Positions 25,681 to 39,682 of a stretch of 64,000 bases of DNA are shown piece by piece. The position numbers and the translations under genes are program-made. The notes below the pieces were generated by a model. The model did no database searches and had not been told where the DNA came from. It worked only from the letters and a program-made list of their open reading frames with translations. Positions within the stretch are counted from its first letter, which is position 1. Each line of letters begins with the position of its first letter. Source of the DNA: Isurus oxyrinchus (lineage: Eukaryota); assembly GCA_026770705.1 (NCBI GenBank), contig JANJGN010000041.1, positions 4,774,001 to 4,838,000 of the forward strand, given 5' to 3'.

Positions 25681-26124
25681 CACATTTTTGTGACTGAATG
25701 TGCTGTCCAGGTTGGTTATTGTTTTACATAATTAGTCTGATCGTTTTAAACCGAGGAGGGATGAAATGTACCCTTGGCTCCTGCTATGCTGAATCAGTTT
25801 TGATTTTTTTTCCCCAATGTTTTTCTCTTCCCGGTAAATTAGTGATGCTTTTGTTCCTGACACGAAGAAATTGTTATCCCTCCAATTGTATTATTTGCTA
25901 CCAGAATTGAATGGCAGATACCGAATTCCTGGACGTCATATATGTTCCGAAATTAAGGGGAAATTGTCAGGCGAAATTCCCAGATTTATTTGTGTGCAAT
26001 ATTGGCATTTATTGTGTTTCTCTCTTTCTGGTTAAATAACAATCGCATTTTTTTGCATCACGGTCGCATTTATCAATGATCCGTCAGCGGATATTTGTTG
26101 CAAGAAGCATTTCTATCCTTCATG

Positions 26125-26430
26125 TTCTTATCTTTCTATCTATCTATCTATCCATCCACTCATCTATCTATCTATCCATGTATCTATCTATCGATGTATT
26201 TATCTATCTATCTATCTTCTCCATATCTATCAACCTATCCATCCATTTCACTCTCATACTCTCTTGATCTTTCATTCACACGCTCCATTTCTGGCTCGTT
26301 CTGTCTCGCTCTCTCTCTCTCTCTCCCGTGTACAACTCTCTTTTCTAATCAGTGTATCCAGTTGGATATCTGTCTATCTGTGCCTCTATATGTCTGCCTG
26401 TCTGTCTGTCGGTCTGCCTGTCTAACTATC
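26125..26430. repeat. Compound microsatellite (TCTA)n / (CT)n / (TGTC)n
   Basis: tatctatcta runs at 26135-26240, ctctctct near 26310, tctgtctgtc near 26400. Confidence 0.9.
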
Positions 26431-26874
26431 ATGATGATTGATTCTCCCGGGGCTTCACCATGTGAGTACGTGGCAAAAAAAAAAGTGGCAGTCTGTTATC
26501 AATTGTGACATTAGATCGAGTCAATATTTGCACAATCGATTGCCAAATGCTGCATACAATGCCCGTTCAGGTGGAATAAATTAACTTTGCCCTCGCTTCC
26601 TTGTCTTTAGGTCGCTTGACCCAGTTCTCCACAAATGCCTAAATCATTGGATGATTCCTCTATTTGGTTGTGCCAAAGGTTTTCTTATTTCGTTCAGAAT
26701 CATGTTTTCAAATATATCCTTTCCTGTGGCGGGGATGTTGTTAGATGGACCACATGTTATTGCCAGATCCAAATTGCCCTTGAAAAGGCGGAGGTGCCCT
26801 ACATTCCAGAAATTGCATATTTCATCTGATTGACGTCAGTGGCATTCCCTCAGTACCTAGAAAAAAGTTCGTCA

Positions 26875-28450
26875 GGCTCAGTGTGAATTCAGATGACTGA
26901 AGAGTCCCATTCTGGAGCTACATGTTCTTGATAAAGACGGGCACGTGTTTTTTTGTGCTGAAGAGTTGAAATCAAAGGCCAAGGTTGGTTCACTTCTCCA
27001 TGCTGTGCCTTGGCCGTTCCACCACGCTTGAGCCGCTGAGACTCGAAGCGGTTTTCGATTTGATGCACTGGATGATTCAGGCCGAGTGATCTGCAGCATT
27101 CTCCTCCCGCCCCCTGGTTTTAAGACATCCGTGCATTAGGAAAAAGTGGAGATTATACAAACAACGTTCTCTTTGGTCGCCCTTTGGACGAGGACTGCTA
27201 AGTGGTAGATGCAGGTATGGAAACGCAACCCTTTCCTGAAACATGTGCCCTACAACCGCCAGATGTCTGCTGCATTTGTAAAGGATTTTGGCTTGGTGCC
27301 TATAGGCATCAGAGCCTTGTCAAGTCCCCAATCCTCCATGCCTACAGGGCTTTTCACCTGAAGCATGGTTGTAAACCCATATGTTAGTACCAGGATTCCC
27401 GTGTGCCATGTCTATGCTTCAAACGATGCAGGCACACCGGGATGCTTTTAGCAATGTAGTGTCAGGGTCCCATGTACTGGGATCGAACTTGCAATCTCTG
27501 AGCTTAGTTTTCAGATTTCAGACATCCTCTAGTGGAGCTTCCTGTGCTCACCGAGTGTGGCGTGTTTGTACGTACGCATTTTCCAGATGAACAGCATGAC
27601 CTAGCCAGGGAACCGGGGCTCTAATGAACATACACTTTGATGTCAGGCTTGCTGCACTTTGCAAGTGCATTGGTTTTGCGGATTTTCTCCTGCCAGGAAC
27701 CGTTGGAAATTCTTCACAGACAGTGATGTTTGAAAGTTTTCATTAGCTTTGTATGTGGCCGAAAGGTTATGCAAGTCTCGCAATAATATAGAAGTGATAT
27801 AATAAAAACTGCCTTGAAGGGCTTGATCTTCCATCTGAGTGAAGATTCCATGTTCTCATTGCCGAAGTCAGTGAGTGAATCCTGTCAAGTGCCGAACTTG
27901 TTTTTGTCAGTTGGTGTGTAATTTGCCCATCCAGTTAGTGGCCTTGGAGTCCATGTGGCCAAGTGAGCAAAATGTGCGTAATGAACAAAGTGGTGCATTG
28001 TTCAAAGCGGCTGTGGTATCTTGGAGCACGTGACCAGCAACAATTTAATGCAGCATCTCTATCCTTAGTTATATTGTCAAACGAAAACTTTCTGTGTTTC
28101 CCGCAAAGCCCTGAGCACGCAGCTGAATGTCTCCGGATACTGACGTATGAGAGCGCATTTTTCCACGAATACGACTTCCCTCTGTAGCTGCCCAGCAGCC
28201 TCTGTGCAAGGTTTTATTCTTGGCTCATTCAAAAGGCTGCCGGTGGTGCTGAAATGAATCGATAATACTTTGTCAAGTTGTTTGAGTGCATGCTTGGACA
28301 AAGACCTACAAATATATGACAAACAGAGCTGGAGATATTAAACAGCATTATTTGGCACTGCAGGTGATATCCAAAGGGTTCACACAGACCAAACAGTTTG
28401 TATCCCTCTTATCATGACGTCTTCATTTTATAGCGAATGACACTGACCAT
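26875..28450 (-). mobile_element. RTE-clade LINE 3' fragments
   Basis: C-terminal TCPSLSRTCSSRMGLFSHLNSH* (RTE-type zinc finger), PKGRPKR near 27180, SWQEKI near 27690. Confidence 0.65.
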
Positions 28451-30398
28451 CTGTTCAGTGCTGTCGCATATTCCTGGCTGTATTGGATAGTTTATTGACC
28501 AAGAAGGGAGTCTAGGTTGTGTTTTGTGAGGGAGTTGGACGAGGGGGCGGATATACGGCGTTGGTTGGGGAAGAACAGGCAGGAGAGCGGGTCTGAGGAC
28601 ACAATCAGAAAAACCATGATCTTTCCGAATTACAGGACAGGCTCAAGGGGCTAAATGACCTACTGAACTTTACTATTCAGTTTTTGGTGTTTGGTTGAAA
28701 TGCAGCCCACACCAAAGGTGGAGGAGCCATCGATTTTGGTTCATTGTAATCAGTGTATCTATCTTCTAATGATTGTCTGCAGACTAGATTTGAGGGCCAA
28801 GACTAAAATGTTCAGCGCGGAATGCCGTCCCAGCGATGCACTCTAGATATGCGATTGTTTTATTCAAGTAATTGTTTTTCATTCAGTTGAATCATCACTC
28901 TGGTTGGACTATGTGAGTGGGTGAGCAGGAGGATTGGATGACTCGGTGAATTGTTACTGGGGCTGTATGGGGTCGGAATGTCTTGAAAGCATTATGTTGA
29001 AATATTTTGTTTGAGAAAACAAAGGCCTTCTCCATACAGTATTTAATGAACATCAAGTCACCACCAACACCAACCTTCCAGGTTGAACGTTTGCGGTTAT
29101 AATTTCCAGGCAGAATGGTGTAAAGTTATGTGCACTGGAAAAGAATGTCGGTCAAGTCACCGATGGAAGTGTCAGTGCTAGAGGAATCCATGGAAAGATC
29201 TGGGACGCGTATGAGTTCCCTCTGGAAGCTTAAATGTCAAAGACAAACATCACACATGTGCCCTGTTGGAACATAAAACGTGTCCCGAAAAACATGACAG
29301 TGGTGAACATTTGAAATTTCCTGCACTACCTCTCCTGACAGTTGAGGCCGATTGAGTTTCCTCGAATCATTTTGAGCTACATTAGAAAAGATTAGATTTC
29401 CAACATCCCTCCGTGGGTCAAGCATTTCCCACCGTGATTATCCACTATGGGATCTACCAGCTGCTCGTTAAAATATAGCCCCTTCAATTGTATTGACCAA
29501 AAACATCATTTGAATGTTCGATGTTTCATTTCGAAACGGTTCCTTTCAGAAACAGAGCGACTGATGTAACCTGTTTGTTCAATGACTAAAACTAATTGAT
29601 TTCTTTAGGGGTCATGAATGCTCTAATGGGGACTGATCTGCTGCTTATATAACAATTTCTCTGAATGTAAAATTTCATGTTTTGCAACAGGCTCGGTGTA
29701 TCGGTTTCAACGTGAGTTAGCTCCTCTCACAGTGAATATAATTTGTTGTACTTCATAAGATACGATCCATTTTCAAACCCGTACTGGAAGCTGTCATTTT
29801 CCGATGTACGTTTACGAACATGCTCTCGGACAAACAATATCAATTTCTGTCCTTCTTTCGATTCATGGATGAGGGAAATGCAGGCATGGCGAGCATTTAT
29901 TGCCCATCTTTAATTCAACTTGTGAAGTGGGTGGTCAGCTGCTGCAATCTTTGTGGTGTAGTTACATCCACAGTATTATTAGGGGGAAATCCATTAATTT
30001 GACAAAGAGACAATGAAGGAACGGAGATATTTTCCCGAATCAGGATGATGAGTGGCTTGGAGAGGAACATTCAGCGACAGGCGTCCGCATGACCATGCTG
30101 ACTTTGTCTTTCTAAATGGTAGCGGCCATGGGTTTGATTAGTTAACTAAAGGGCTTCATATTGAGTAAAGGTAACAGCTGTTCTCTGTCCCCTGCCAGGA
30201 ATGATGTCATGCTAGTTTTTCCCTGATGCTCTAGAATAATTAAGGTGACATCTCCTTCCGATGCTCCTATGATTTTAAACTGTTTCTCCTGTTTTCCTGA
30301 GATAAAACTTAAAGAAGAATAGGATTTTTACGTTTCAGCTCACACGTTTATTTCTTCTTGTGCACCCATCTCTGTAGGAAAGACATCTCCTTAAAAAG

Positions 30399-30468
30399 AT
30401 GGGTGAACTGATACTTCACCAGCTAGAAGCCATTTATAATCCTCTTCTCGCGGCTATTGGAGTTCCTG
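30399..30468 (+). CDS. GPR139/GPR142-like GPCR, coding exon 1
   Basis: ATG at 30399, MGELILHQLEAIYNPLLAAIGVP plus 1 nt, donor GTAAG at 30469. Phase 1 matches exon 2 and completes TM1 (GVPVNL). An upstream polypyrimidine/AG at 30376-30377 suggests a 5' non-coding exon. Confidence 0.85.
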
Positions 30469-31634
30469 GTAAGAGCTTTAATGCAATCATTACCCGTATA
30501 AATGGATGTTAACGTTCTTCTTAAGTGCTGGTTCTGATAACATGGAATCGTTTCTTTACAGTTGGGAAGTCATGAAAGCAGGGATGTAAGTTTAACAATA
30601 ACATTAAAAGATTTCTTACTGTTGCTGCATCTTTCACTCAGGCGTCTCCACTGCCAACACCTTATTCATGCTTTACGGAATGTCTTGTAACAGAGTGGGC
30701 CCTACAATAGATATCATAATCAAGTGCAAACCGAGTTTGAACTAGTAGAAAACCCAATCTGTGAAAATCTGTGCAGAGGCAATTTATCATTCTGCAAGTT
30801 CCTGCTCGAAATACTTGAATGCTTTGCTAATGCTATTCATCCATTTCCCAATAGTAAAAGGAACAGGAACACTGTCAAATCGCATACTTATTGCCACAGC
30901 GATACGTTTTCAAACCTGGATGCAGAGAGGATATCTGAATGTCTGGGTGAAATAGATTCCGTTTGTGCAGAAGACATTTGGTTGTTTTATTAACCTGTCT
31001 ATTGAAATGCATGTATTTCTAGAACCTTCTTTATCAAACTTAATGAATGTATATGAAGTGCAGTCAACGAAGTGACGCAAAAGGTGACAGGCAATTTCTG
31101 GTGGAGAAGCTTCTACAGGCAGCAAGTTTACAAGGAGCTGATTATCCGTTTTGTGGGCTTTGGCCGAGGTTCAAATAGTGCTCAGGACACAAGGGGCTAC
31201 AACAATGCTGTTCTTCGAAATAGGGGCATGGAAACTTTGAAAATAACTGCGAATCGATTAGTCATGTGTTACGAAAGTTATTATAACCCATAGTGCAGAA
31301 TTACTTCACTACAGCAATGGAGCATTAGCCGAGAATTTTGTTCCCAAGTACAGATGCCGGAGGTAAGTAGTCAAACATCTATCTCAGCAGTGAGGGTGCT
31401 AACTGAGACATAATTGGTCAGATTTTGGAAACCCTATGCACCCTGAGTAGTAATCTGGTTATCATTAATATGCTCATTTCAATTTCTAGCCCTCCACTTC
31501 CTGTTGTTGAAAACCCTGCTTCCAAATCTAACTGATTTACATTGAGGATTAGTGTAAATTGATATTAAGCATTGCCGGAATCCCCTGTGGCTTTGGCAAA
31601 CTCACATTGCCATGTTACATGGTGGCGCTGACAG

Positions 31635-32110
31635 AGGGACATTGGAGCATAGGAAATACGAGTATGAGTTGACCATTTGGCCGCACGACGGTGCTCCACT
31701 ACTCAATTATATCAGCGCTGAAATTATGCCTCCACGAGATTCCTCGCACTATCTCATATCTTTGGAGGCATTTACTATTGAGAAATCAGTTCATTGACAC
31801 ATTCAACATACTCAATGACTGCCAATCCACGGATGTTGCATTACATAATTTCGAAAATTTACCCCTCCCTGAGTAATGAATTCTTCCTAAGATCAGTTCT
31901 AAATGCAGACCTCTTATTGTGATATTGTTTTTCATGTTTTTAGGCACCCCCAACAGGGGAACAATCCATGCAAATCTACACCAACGAAATTTATAAGAAC
32001 GATGAATGCTTCAGTGAGATCAATTCTCATGTGCCAATGCTCCAGAAAGCAGAAGATGAGTCTCGTCAATGTCTCCACATAGGACAATCCCAGCGACCTT
32101 AATGTAATCC
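31635..32110 (-). mobile_element. CR1 3' end inside the GPCR intron
   Basis: Reverse of a CR1 tail (cataggaa..ccatttggcc; accctc..gagtaatgaattcttcct). Confidence 0.6.
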
Positions 32111-32999
32111 AAGAGGTAATGTGTTGAACATTCCTTGTCGCAGAGCTACAACAGCACCTAATGAAATCCACACAAAAGGGGAAAAGTAGATGCTTTACTG
32201 GAAGCACGAACATCACCATAAACATAAATATTGCAGATTTGGGGAATTCCTGGCTTGGGGTTACAAATTATTCTTGTGCACAAATCAGCCAACGCTGATG
32301 GTCCACAGTGCCTCGTGAATGCCCTGTTTTGAGCGGTTTATCAAGGTGAATTGTACGCCATTTAGCACAATGATTGCCTCACAAAATACAATCGAGAGCA
32401 GCCCCGATGTGAAGGCGGAATTCTTCTGAACAAGTACCGTGCAGCGGTTATTCCTATTAATCCTTTAATGAACAGATGCACCTGTGGTGGGTAGGTTGGT
32501 GGACCGAATTTACATAGAGTTTTGCACCTGCTTGGTTCCCTGAACACCTGCCAAAGACCCAGTCTAGCAGTTATATTTATGGACCGGCCAGCTCGGCCAT
32601 TAATGGCTCAACCGATCCTCTCTTGCTCACAGACATCGAGGTCCCCATTGTGAAGCATTATTCTTTCCCTGTCATTCCCCAAAAGATCATCGATACATCC
32701 ACTGAGGGGAAAGGGAGGTGGTCAGCAGGAGGGGGCATTCTTTGCCCATGTGTTTCATGATGTCTTGAGGTTTCGTTTAAGTACCACGTGCTCTCAAGGA
32801 TATGAAAAGTGATGCCCACTGAAAGTGTTGCAAAATGGTATTTAGGAATCAGTAATACAATTGAGCAATACTGAGCAATTCAAATGATATTTCACCTTTT
32901 AGATCAGAAAATTTCACTCAGATGTTTGCTGATGATTCAGCTGAACTTTAAAAGCTTTAAGAGGAATTATTCAGATTAGGATAAACATCTTGACCCATT

Positions 33000-34560
33000 A
33001 AATTAACGGAATGATTGCAAATCAAGTTGTCTGCTTTGTCCTGGAATAAGTCAATATTGTTGAATTATATTAGAGCGTAAATCATCCCGGCAGGTGTAGC
33101 GTATCCCATCATACTCCTGATCTGAGTATTTAAATGGAAGAAAGGTTTTGGAGAGTCAGGGGTTGCGTTGCTCACAACAGCATTCTCAGATTCTGACCTG
33201 CCCTTCTAGTCACAGTTTCTTGTCAATGGTTTGTTCAAGGATGGTGAAAATGGAGGCTTAAGCTATGGTGATGTCATTAAAACTCAAGGGCATTTTGTTG
33301 GATACCCCTTCGGATCAGTGTTCATTGCCTGTCAGTTTTGTGGGATGCAAATTACCTGTCGAATTTCAGCATAACTATGGCTATTTCCCCGGTATGGATA
33401 CACATGGGCATGGATGTTATCAGCATAAGTTGTGTCACGAATGGTGCTGAACTTTGAACAATCCTCAGCGGACACAACCTTCTCCCAGTAGCCCACACCC
33501 TACCCATCAGACCAAACCTCTTTCTGTGTTTTAAATGGAAATAATTTCATTGATGCAGCAGCTTAAGATGGCTGTGCTCTGGGCACTGCCCTCAGGCTCT
33601 CATCAAGTTATGTCATGGGAAACAAAGAATAAAGAAAAAAAATTCTTTTCGCTTGATATGACTTCAAGCACTGGGGAATTTGCTCCTTTTTCTTATTGAC
33701 TAAAATTCTGATAGCCCTCCTTGTCACCATAGTTTGATAGCTGTTGTCTTGATATGAAACACATCTCCTCTCTCCTCACCTTATGAGTACAGCACTTTTG
33801 AACATGTTTGGAACAATGTTGAACCGAGAGTTGGAGCTCACACGAAGCAAGAAGAGAGCGTCAGTGAGCAGTTTACTGCGATTACCTGGCGATTGAAAGC
33901 ATTGTCCATGATACTTTTCATCACTTTGATCATGATGAAGTGTAGGCAGACGGTGCTGTAATTAGATTGCTTGGATTTGGCGTGTGTTTTTGTGGATAGG
34001 CATATCTGTGAAAATGCTGACATTTTTGTATCGATGCCAGTATTTTAGATGCACCATACGAGCTTCGATAGTTAGTCTTATTCAGGAGCACTGATCTCCC
34101 ATACTATTGGCATTGTCTAAAATTACCCTTAGCCTCTGCATCATCCTTCTGTTATTCCTTAAATTCGAGTGCTGAGAATCAAATTGTATTACGCCTGGCA
34201 TCTGTATTGCTTTTTATTCACTGGAGGAGGCTGGGATGTTTCATCCACCCGTCACTTCAGGGTGAATGTGGCTGCAAATTCTTCAGCCATGTATATGCAC
34301 TGGTGCACAGTGATACACAGTCATTTCCGATAGGGATATCGGTGGAGATCCGTCCACCAGTGAGTTGCAGAATTTTCCATCGCCATTCAAGGCGACTGTG
34401 ACATGACTTCAGAGCAAGCTATCGTTACTTGTTAGGGCGATCAATGAGCCCTGCTTTTCTGATGCTGAATACGCTGTTTTGCCTGCAAGTAGCCTTGTCT
34501 TCAAATTCAACAGGTGAAGCCGTGTTGTTAGGTATGGTCACTGCTGCTGTGGACATATGA
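33000..34560 (-). mobile_element. CR1-group LINE fragments inside the GPCR intron
   Basis: Collinear similarity to 15600-16440 and 1085-1960; minus-strand IKVMKSIMDNAFNRQ (SKVME.I motif). Confidence 0.7.
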
Positions 34561-37500
34561 CATATGTTGGCAAAGTTCCTTGATTTGTTCACTTGACCTC
34601 GAAAGCATGGAAGGACAACAGCAGAAGAGGCATGGGAACACTCTTAATTACAAAGTCCTTTCCAAGTCTCGCACCAAGTGGACTTGGAGATGTATCACCA
34701 TTCCTTGACTGTCACTGGATCAAAAACCTGGAAATCCATCACTCGTAGCATTTTGTCTGCACCTGCTTCACATGACTCCAAAGCTAGAAACACCTTATTT
34801 TCAAGAAGAATAAGTGAAAACAGAAATAAAATTACTAATCCTGTCAATATATCCAAAGAAAAAAAATTCCATGATGAACGAGTTATGAATAGTGGTATTC
34901 TTTTTGTATTGAAATGACGGCCCTGGCTTTTGCTTTTGTTCGATCTCAACAAAGAATAACTACAATATCCATGTTTAACTGTAAATTATTTCTGACAATA
35001 CTGGTCCCAAACTGAGAATGTATATTTTGAATTCACTCCTGAATATCCAAAATCTTTAACCAAAAGGATTGGCTGAAATTTTCGTCTACAAATCACACCA
35101 CTCCCCCACCCTCTAAAGACCCCACTCCCCATCACCCACCCACCTCAAAAATGCCGAATCCGCACGCAGATCAATGACATGCATCGGGTCTAATGATGTC
35201 AGTTACATGAATCTCCCCGGTTTCAGATGGAGAACAGTTACAAGTCACTAATTAGCAAGTTATTGAGTTTCTGAACGACACAACCGAATGTTTTCTTGAT
35301 TCGTGCGTTGCACTTGCCGTGGCCCAGACGAGAGAGAAAATATATTTCTGTGCAGCTACCATCAGACCAGAATCGCGTGGAAGAGAGGTTCTGCGTCCGG
35401 GTCCATGATTAAATGCAGCAACAGATGGTGCTGGGGAAGGTGGCAGCGGTTTCAGGATTACTTTTCACTTTTCTTGTTTATTGCCTGAGCTTTCAACAAA
35501 AAATATTTTTGGCAAAACAGTTTCTGAGAGCAAGTGGTCTTGAGCTTGCAGCCATACCGACTTCCTGTTCACAGCATTACATTCTGTCGCAGGATGTTCA
35601 GGCTTTCACTGCCGATTGGACGCATACCCCATTTTGCATCACTCATTGCCTCTTCACTTTGGGAATTTAATTAATTGTGGAGCTGGACATGGTCTATGGG
35701 AGAGTGTGGAGGAAAAGGGCTAATTTTACATTTCTCCAATCTCACCTGCCGCAAAAAGTAAAATCCAGGCCACTGAGTACTTATTATAATGAATCTGTAT
35801 GATTTTAAATCACGATTAGCGTTTTGCACCTGCACCGGAGGATCTGTGTCACTTCTCTAGTGTAACTGCTACTGACTGTATACTTAATTTGCTAGGTAAA
35901 TAGTGGATAATCGTTTGGATAGGTCACTATTTAATTAGGTAGATAATTGGGTGCTTCATTCCTGCGCAACTTCAATGTTTAATTCGGAAAGAAATCTGGA
36001 AATATACTGATAATTTATTGGATAACAGTTTGGATAATTAATTTGTTCAAACATTGGCTGCTTCGTTATATATTTTTTTTCAATTATTCTATTTTTGAAA
36101 CTGTTTCCTTATTTAGAGTGTGGCCAGTACAGTTTCAAGTGATGATAATTTGGCGAACAATCTTTGTATATTTCACAATAGCGCACAGATAATTATGTCT
36201 CTCAGTTTAAATGCATGTCATTGTCGGAATATAAATATTCGGTTTGCTCAAATAATAATCGGTATTGGGTAAATGAAGGTAAATTTTCATTTTTGACATT
36301 TATTTCAGCTGCAACTGTGTCAAAATAGCTCTGATTAATAATGCTTCCACCTTTTCCAGTTCAACGTACATTGCTAACAGAAACCCAAAATTTAATTTTG
36401 ATCTATTGCCTGGCGTTTTCAAGGCTGTCAAGACCTTTGACATCTCCATTAAGTCCATTAATATTTTATACTTGCATTCGAGTTAGAGAATTGTGAATTG
36501 GGGGCTGCCAGCTGGGCTGTGTATGTAATGCAATTAGATACTTGTTTTTTTTTTGTGTGGTCAATTTGCAATCTGATCCAAAAATGTAAAAAAACTATTT
36601 ATCTTTATCCGACTATTTCGCATTACTTCATTCAAAGTTCATCTGAATCATTAACCAACAACTTATTGAAATAACATGATCCAAAATGTTAATTAACCAC
36701 CCGTTTATAGACCATCAATGCATTGTTATTTCCCTACATTCAAGTTTGCGAAAAATCTACGCTGAGTCTGGACCATGTTGCACATCTTGGAAAACAGTTG
36801 ATACTTGAAATAACTCTCTGTCTACTCATCCCATTATGTTGTGCATGTGCATTATCCATTCATTAATCAGTGCCTTCCAAATCTGACCGCGGATTTCGGT
36901 CGGAAAGCTATTCTGCACCCTTGAAGGAGCCATGACATCCTCTCCTATAGCAGCGCCAGCAGAACTACAAACAAAATTTCGGCAGCGAGCCGATTACCCA
37001 CTTTCGATAATAATTCAAGCTAGAGTTACTTAATTTGATTTTAAATGCCGAAAATAATCTAGTAAACGTGTGCATCAAGTTATTACATATCTAGCAGCTA
37101 CAAATTAGTTCAGAAATATTCACTTAGAAAATATAATCTTCAAAATTCAAATGGACATTGACTATCTAAAGAACAGAAAGCATAATGCAACCGTGATTAT
37201 CTGAGGCTCACGTCAATTTCGCTTAACCTATATAGATGATTGGGTTTCATCAGTAATCAGTATAAATGTCTGAAGTTAATCTTGTGGAAAATAATGCAGC
37301 ATTTAATAACGGCGTTAATTCTCGAAAAATGTTCCTGCATTTTGAAAAAAAAATATGCATTTTAACAAATAATGCTAAGATTCACGTGTTTCATGAACCT
37401 GGCCAATCTGAAATGAAATAAGCTGTAGAGGATGTTAATTTAAACATGGGTGTGATAGGTGTAATGTCTTTATGGTCAGGTTATCGACAATTCGGAATTT

Positions 37501-38785
37501 CACTTTTCTGAACATATATTAGTTTAAAGATTCAAATTGATTTCCCCATCACCTTCAATCTTTATCACGACCTTCCGCACTTGATATCCAGCAGAAATCA
37601 ATTTTCAGCTTCATATTTAAAATCACTTCGCACGGATGCTGTGCTTGAGATGCCCTTTCTGCCCTTTCGGCAATAAAGTGAATGGTTTTGCTGCCGATCA
37701 ATTAATGGGAACTCTGTCCTGTCTACTAGGAAGTAAAACGCTAGTTATGACCACAACACAATCACATCATCGAATTGGTCATTAACTTTGCTTTGCAAGA
37801 AATGTGCCCCTATGGCCAATAAACATTGCCCACTCAATCTGATAGCAATATCACCGTTCCCAGTCCGCCATTAAACTGCCCTCTTGATCAGCACTGACTC
37901 CACCCATTCTGCATAGCAATGTTGCTTCACACTTTCTGCAATGAATTAGCGATGCATTCACCTGAAATAATCCTGCACAATGCCCAGCCAGCATATCAAT
38001 CTAACATTACTCATTCTGACTTAAAACACATGACTGATCAGCTCTCATTCATGAATAAAACCACTCACTGTGAACCTGCATAAGAATGTCACTTTGTACT
38101 GAATGTCATTGTACCGCCACCGTGATAACTGCTGTGTAAACTTGCATTCGGCCTTGTCTATGCTGTCTTTTATGTAGCTCAGTGACCATTTTCTGGTCGT
38201 ATGTTTTTGCCATTCCATCTTTCATCCTCTCAAGCGTTCAGAGTAGGTTCGTGCTACTGGATAATATTTTACCTTCAAGCTGAAAGTCCTGTAGCACAGT
38301 AATGCTTCCCAGTACTTATCACAACTGTAGAACACCCAGCATGCATTGCACCAATACCTCTTCCAGAGTATAACTCAACTTGGCACAGATACTATTTTGC
38401 GTATTAATTTCCCATTTCACATTGTACAACACACATGAATTGCGACTTTGCACCTCCCATTTACCTTTTAATATTCACGATGCCCAGCCGTTTGTGTACT
38501 TTCAAATTTTCCAGGTCACATTCGCCCTCAGTAATCTCAATCATTATTAAACAATACTTGCCCAGTATACGTTGAATATGGTCATTTCAAATTACGAATT
38601 ATCAACTGAGGTTTTCCTTCCCTATCCATTTTGATTCGGTCCAGTTTAAATTTAGAACATGCTCGCCTCGGAATGTAGACTGTGCATATTTGGGATGAAT
38701 GCATAATCCTTTGCTGCAACAGGAACAAAATTAGTAATGTTTATCTGTGTCGTCTATCTCCTGCTCTCTTTATCCTCTCTTACAG

Positions 38786-39682
38786 TTAATCTTGTTGCGA
38801 TTGTGATTCTTTCCCGAGGAAACTGTGGCCTTTCCAAATGTATTACCCACTATATGATCGCCGTGGCCGTGGCAGATCTCCTGGTTGTTTGTGCTGAAGT
38901 CATACTGAAAAATACGCTAGATATTTATTTCCCTGTTTTATTCTTGACCACGAGCACGGTGTGCCCTCTAAAAGCGACTGTGACTTACGCAGTCATATCA
39001 GCCTCTGTCTGGTTAACAGTGGTGTTCACCTTCGATCGTTTTGTGGTCATATGTTGTCAGAAGCTGCGAAAAAAATATTGCACGGAGACAACAGCGGCAG
39101 CTGTCATATCAGTGGTGAGTGTGTTGAGTTGTTTGATAAACATTCCCTGGTACTTTGCGTTTGAAACTGCATATATAATGGACAATGTAAATCGTGGTTG
39201 TGTCCTAACACAGAATTTTTTCAATTCTGCTGAATGGGCTGCATTTGACTTGTTTACCATTATCCTGACGCCATGTGTTCCATTCATCCTAATTTTGTTG
39301 CTAAATGCTTTGACGGCTAGACGTATTTTGGCAGCCAGTAAAGTTCGCAGGTGTCTCCGTGTTTGCAGCAAGGATTCTGAAATAGAAAGCCGAAGAACGT
39401 CCATTATTTTACTCTTCAGTATAACCGGGAGCTTTATATTGCTCTGGACAACTCCGGTTATATATATTATCTCTTTGCATGTAACAGTCACATCGAATTC
39501 TGGCGCAAATGTGCTTCATGTCAGTTGGATCCATGCTTGGGATCCTCAGTTGCTGCACAAATACATTCATTTATGTGCTGACACAGGCTAAGTTTAGGGA
39601 GGAGCTGAAGAGCAGAATGCAGTACCTTGTGAAATTGTGCATAAAATTAGGCAAATTACAGTGGAATACCCGTTCACCTTAA
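38786..39682 (+). pseudogene. GPR139/GPR142-like class A GPCR, coding exon 2, frameshifted before TM7
   Basis: Acceptor ctctcttacAG ends at 38785. Peptide NLVAIVILSRGNCGLSKC, AVADLLVV, SVWLTVVFTFDRFVVICC, IPWYF, PCVPFILILLLNALT, ITGSFILLW. TM7 and helix 8 (VGSMLGILSCCTNTFIYVLTQAKFREELK) lie in the +1 frame from 39524, with stop at 39680-39682. Confidence 0.92.

Noticed and set aside
20917-26508. Hydrophobic-looking ORFs at 20917, 26076 and 26095
   Set aside because: They are translations of CT and TCTA microsatellites.
35071-35771. Possible Harbinger-type MITE with inverted ends
   Set aside because: Terminal repeats match only loosely and no TSD was seen.
38737-38785. ATG at 38737 as the GPCR start
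   Set aside because: This stretch is the intron polypyrimidine tract; the exon at 30399-30468 supplies the proper N-terminus and first half of TM1.
39481-39524. 44-nt GT..AG micro-intron rescuing the GPCR frameshift
   Set aside because: Splicing it joins into the third frame (HLDPCLGSS..), not the TM7 frame.
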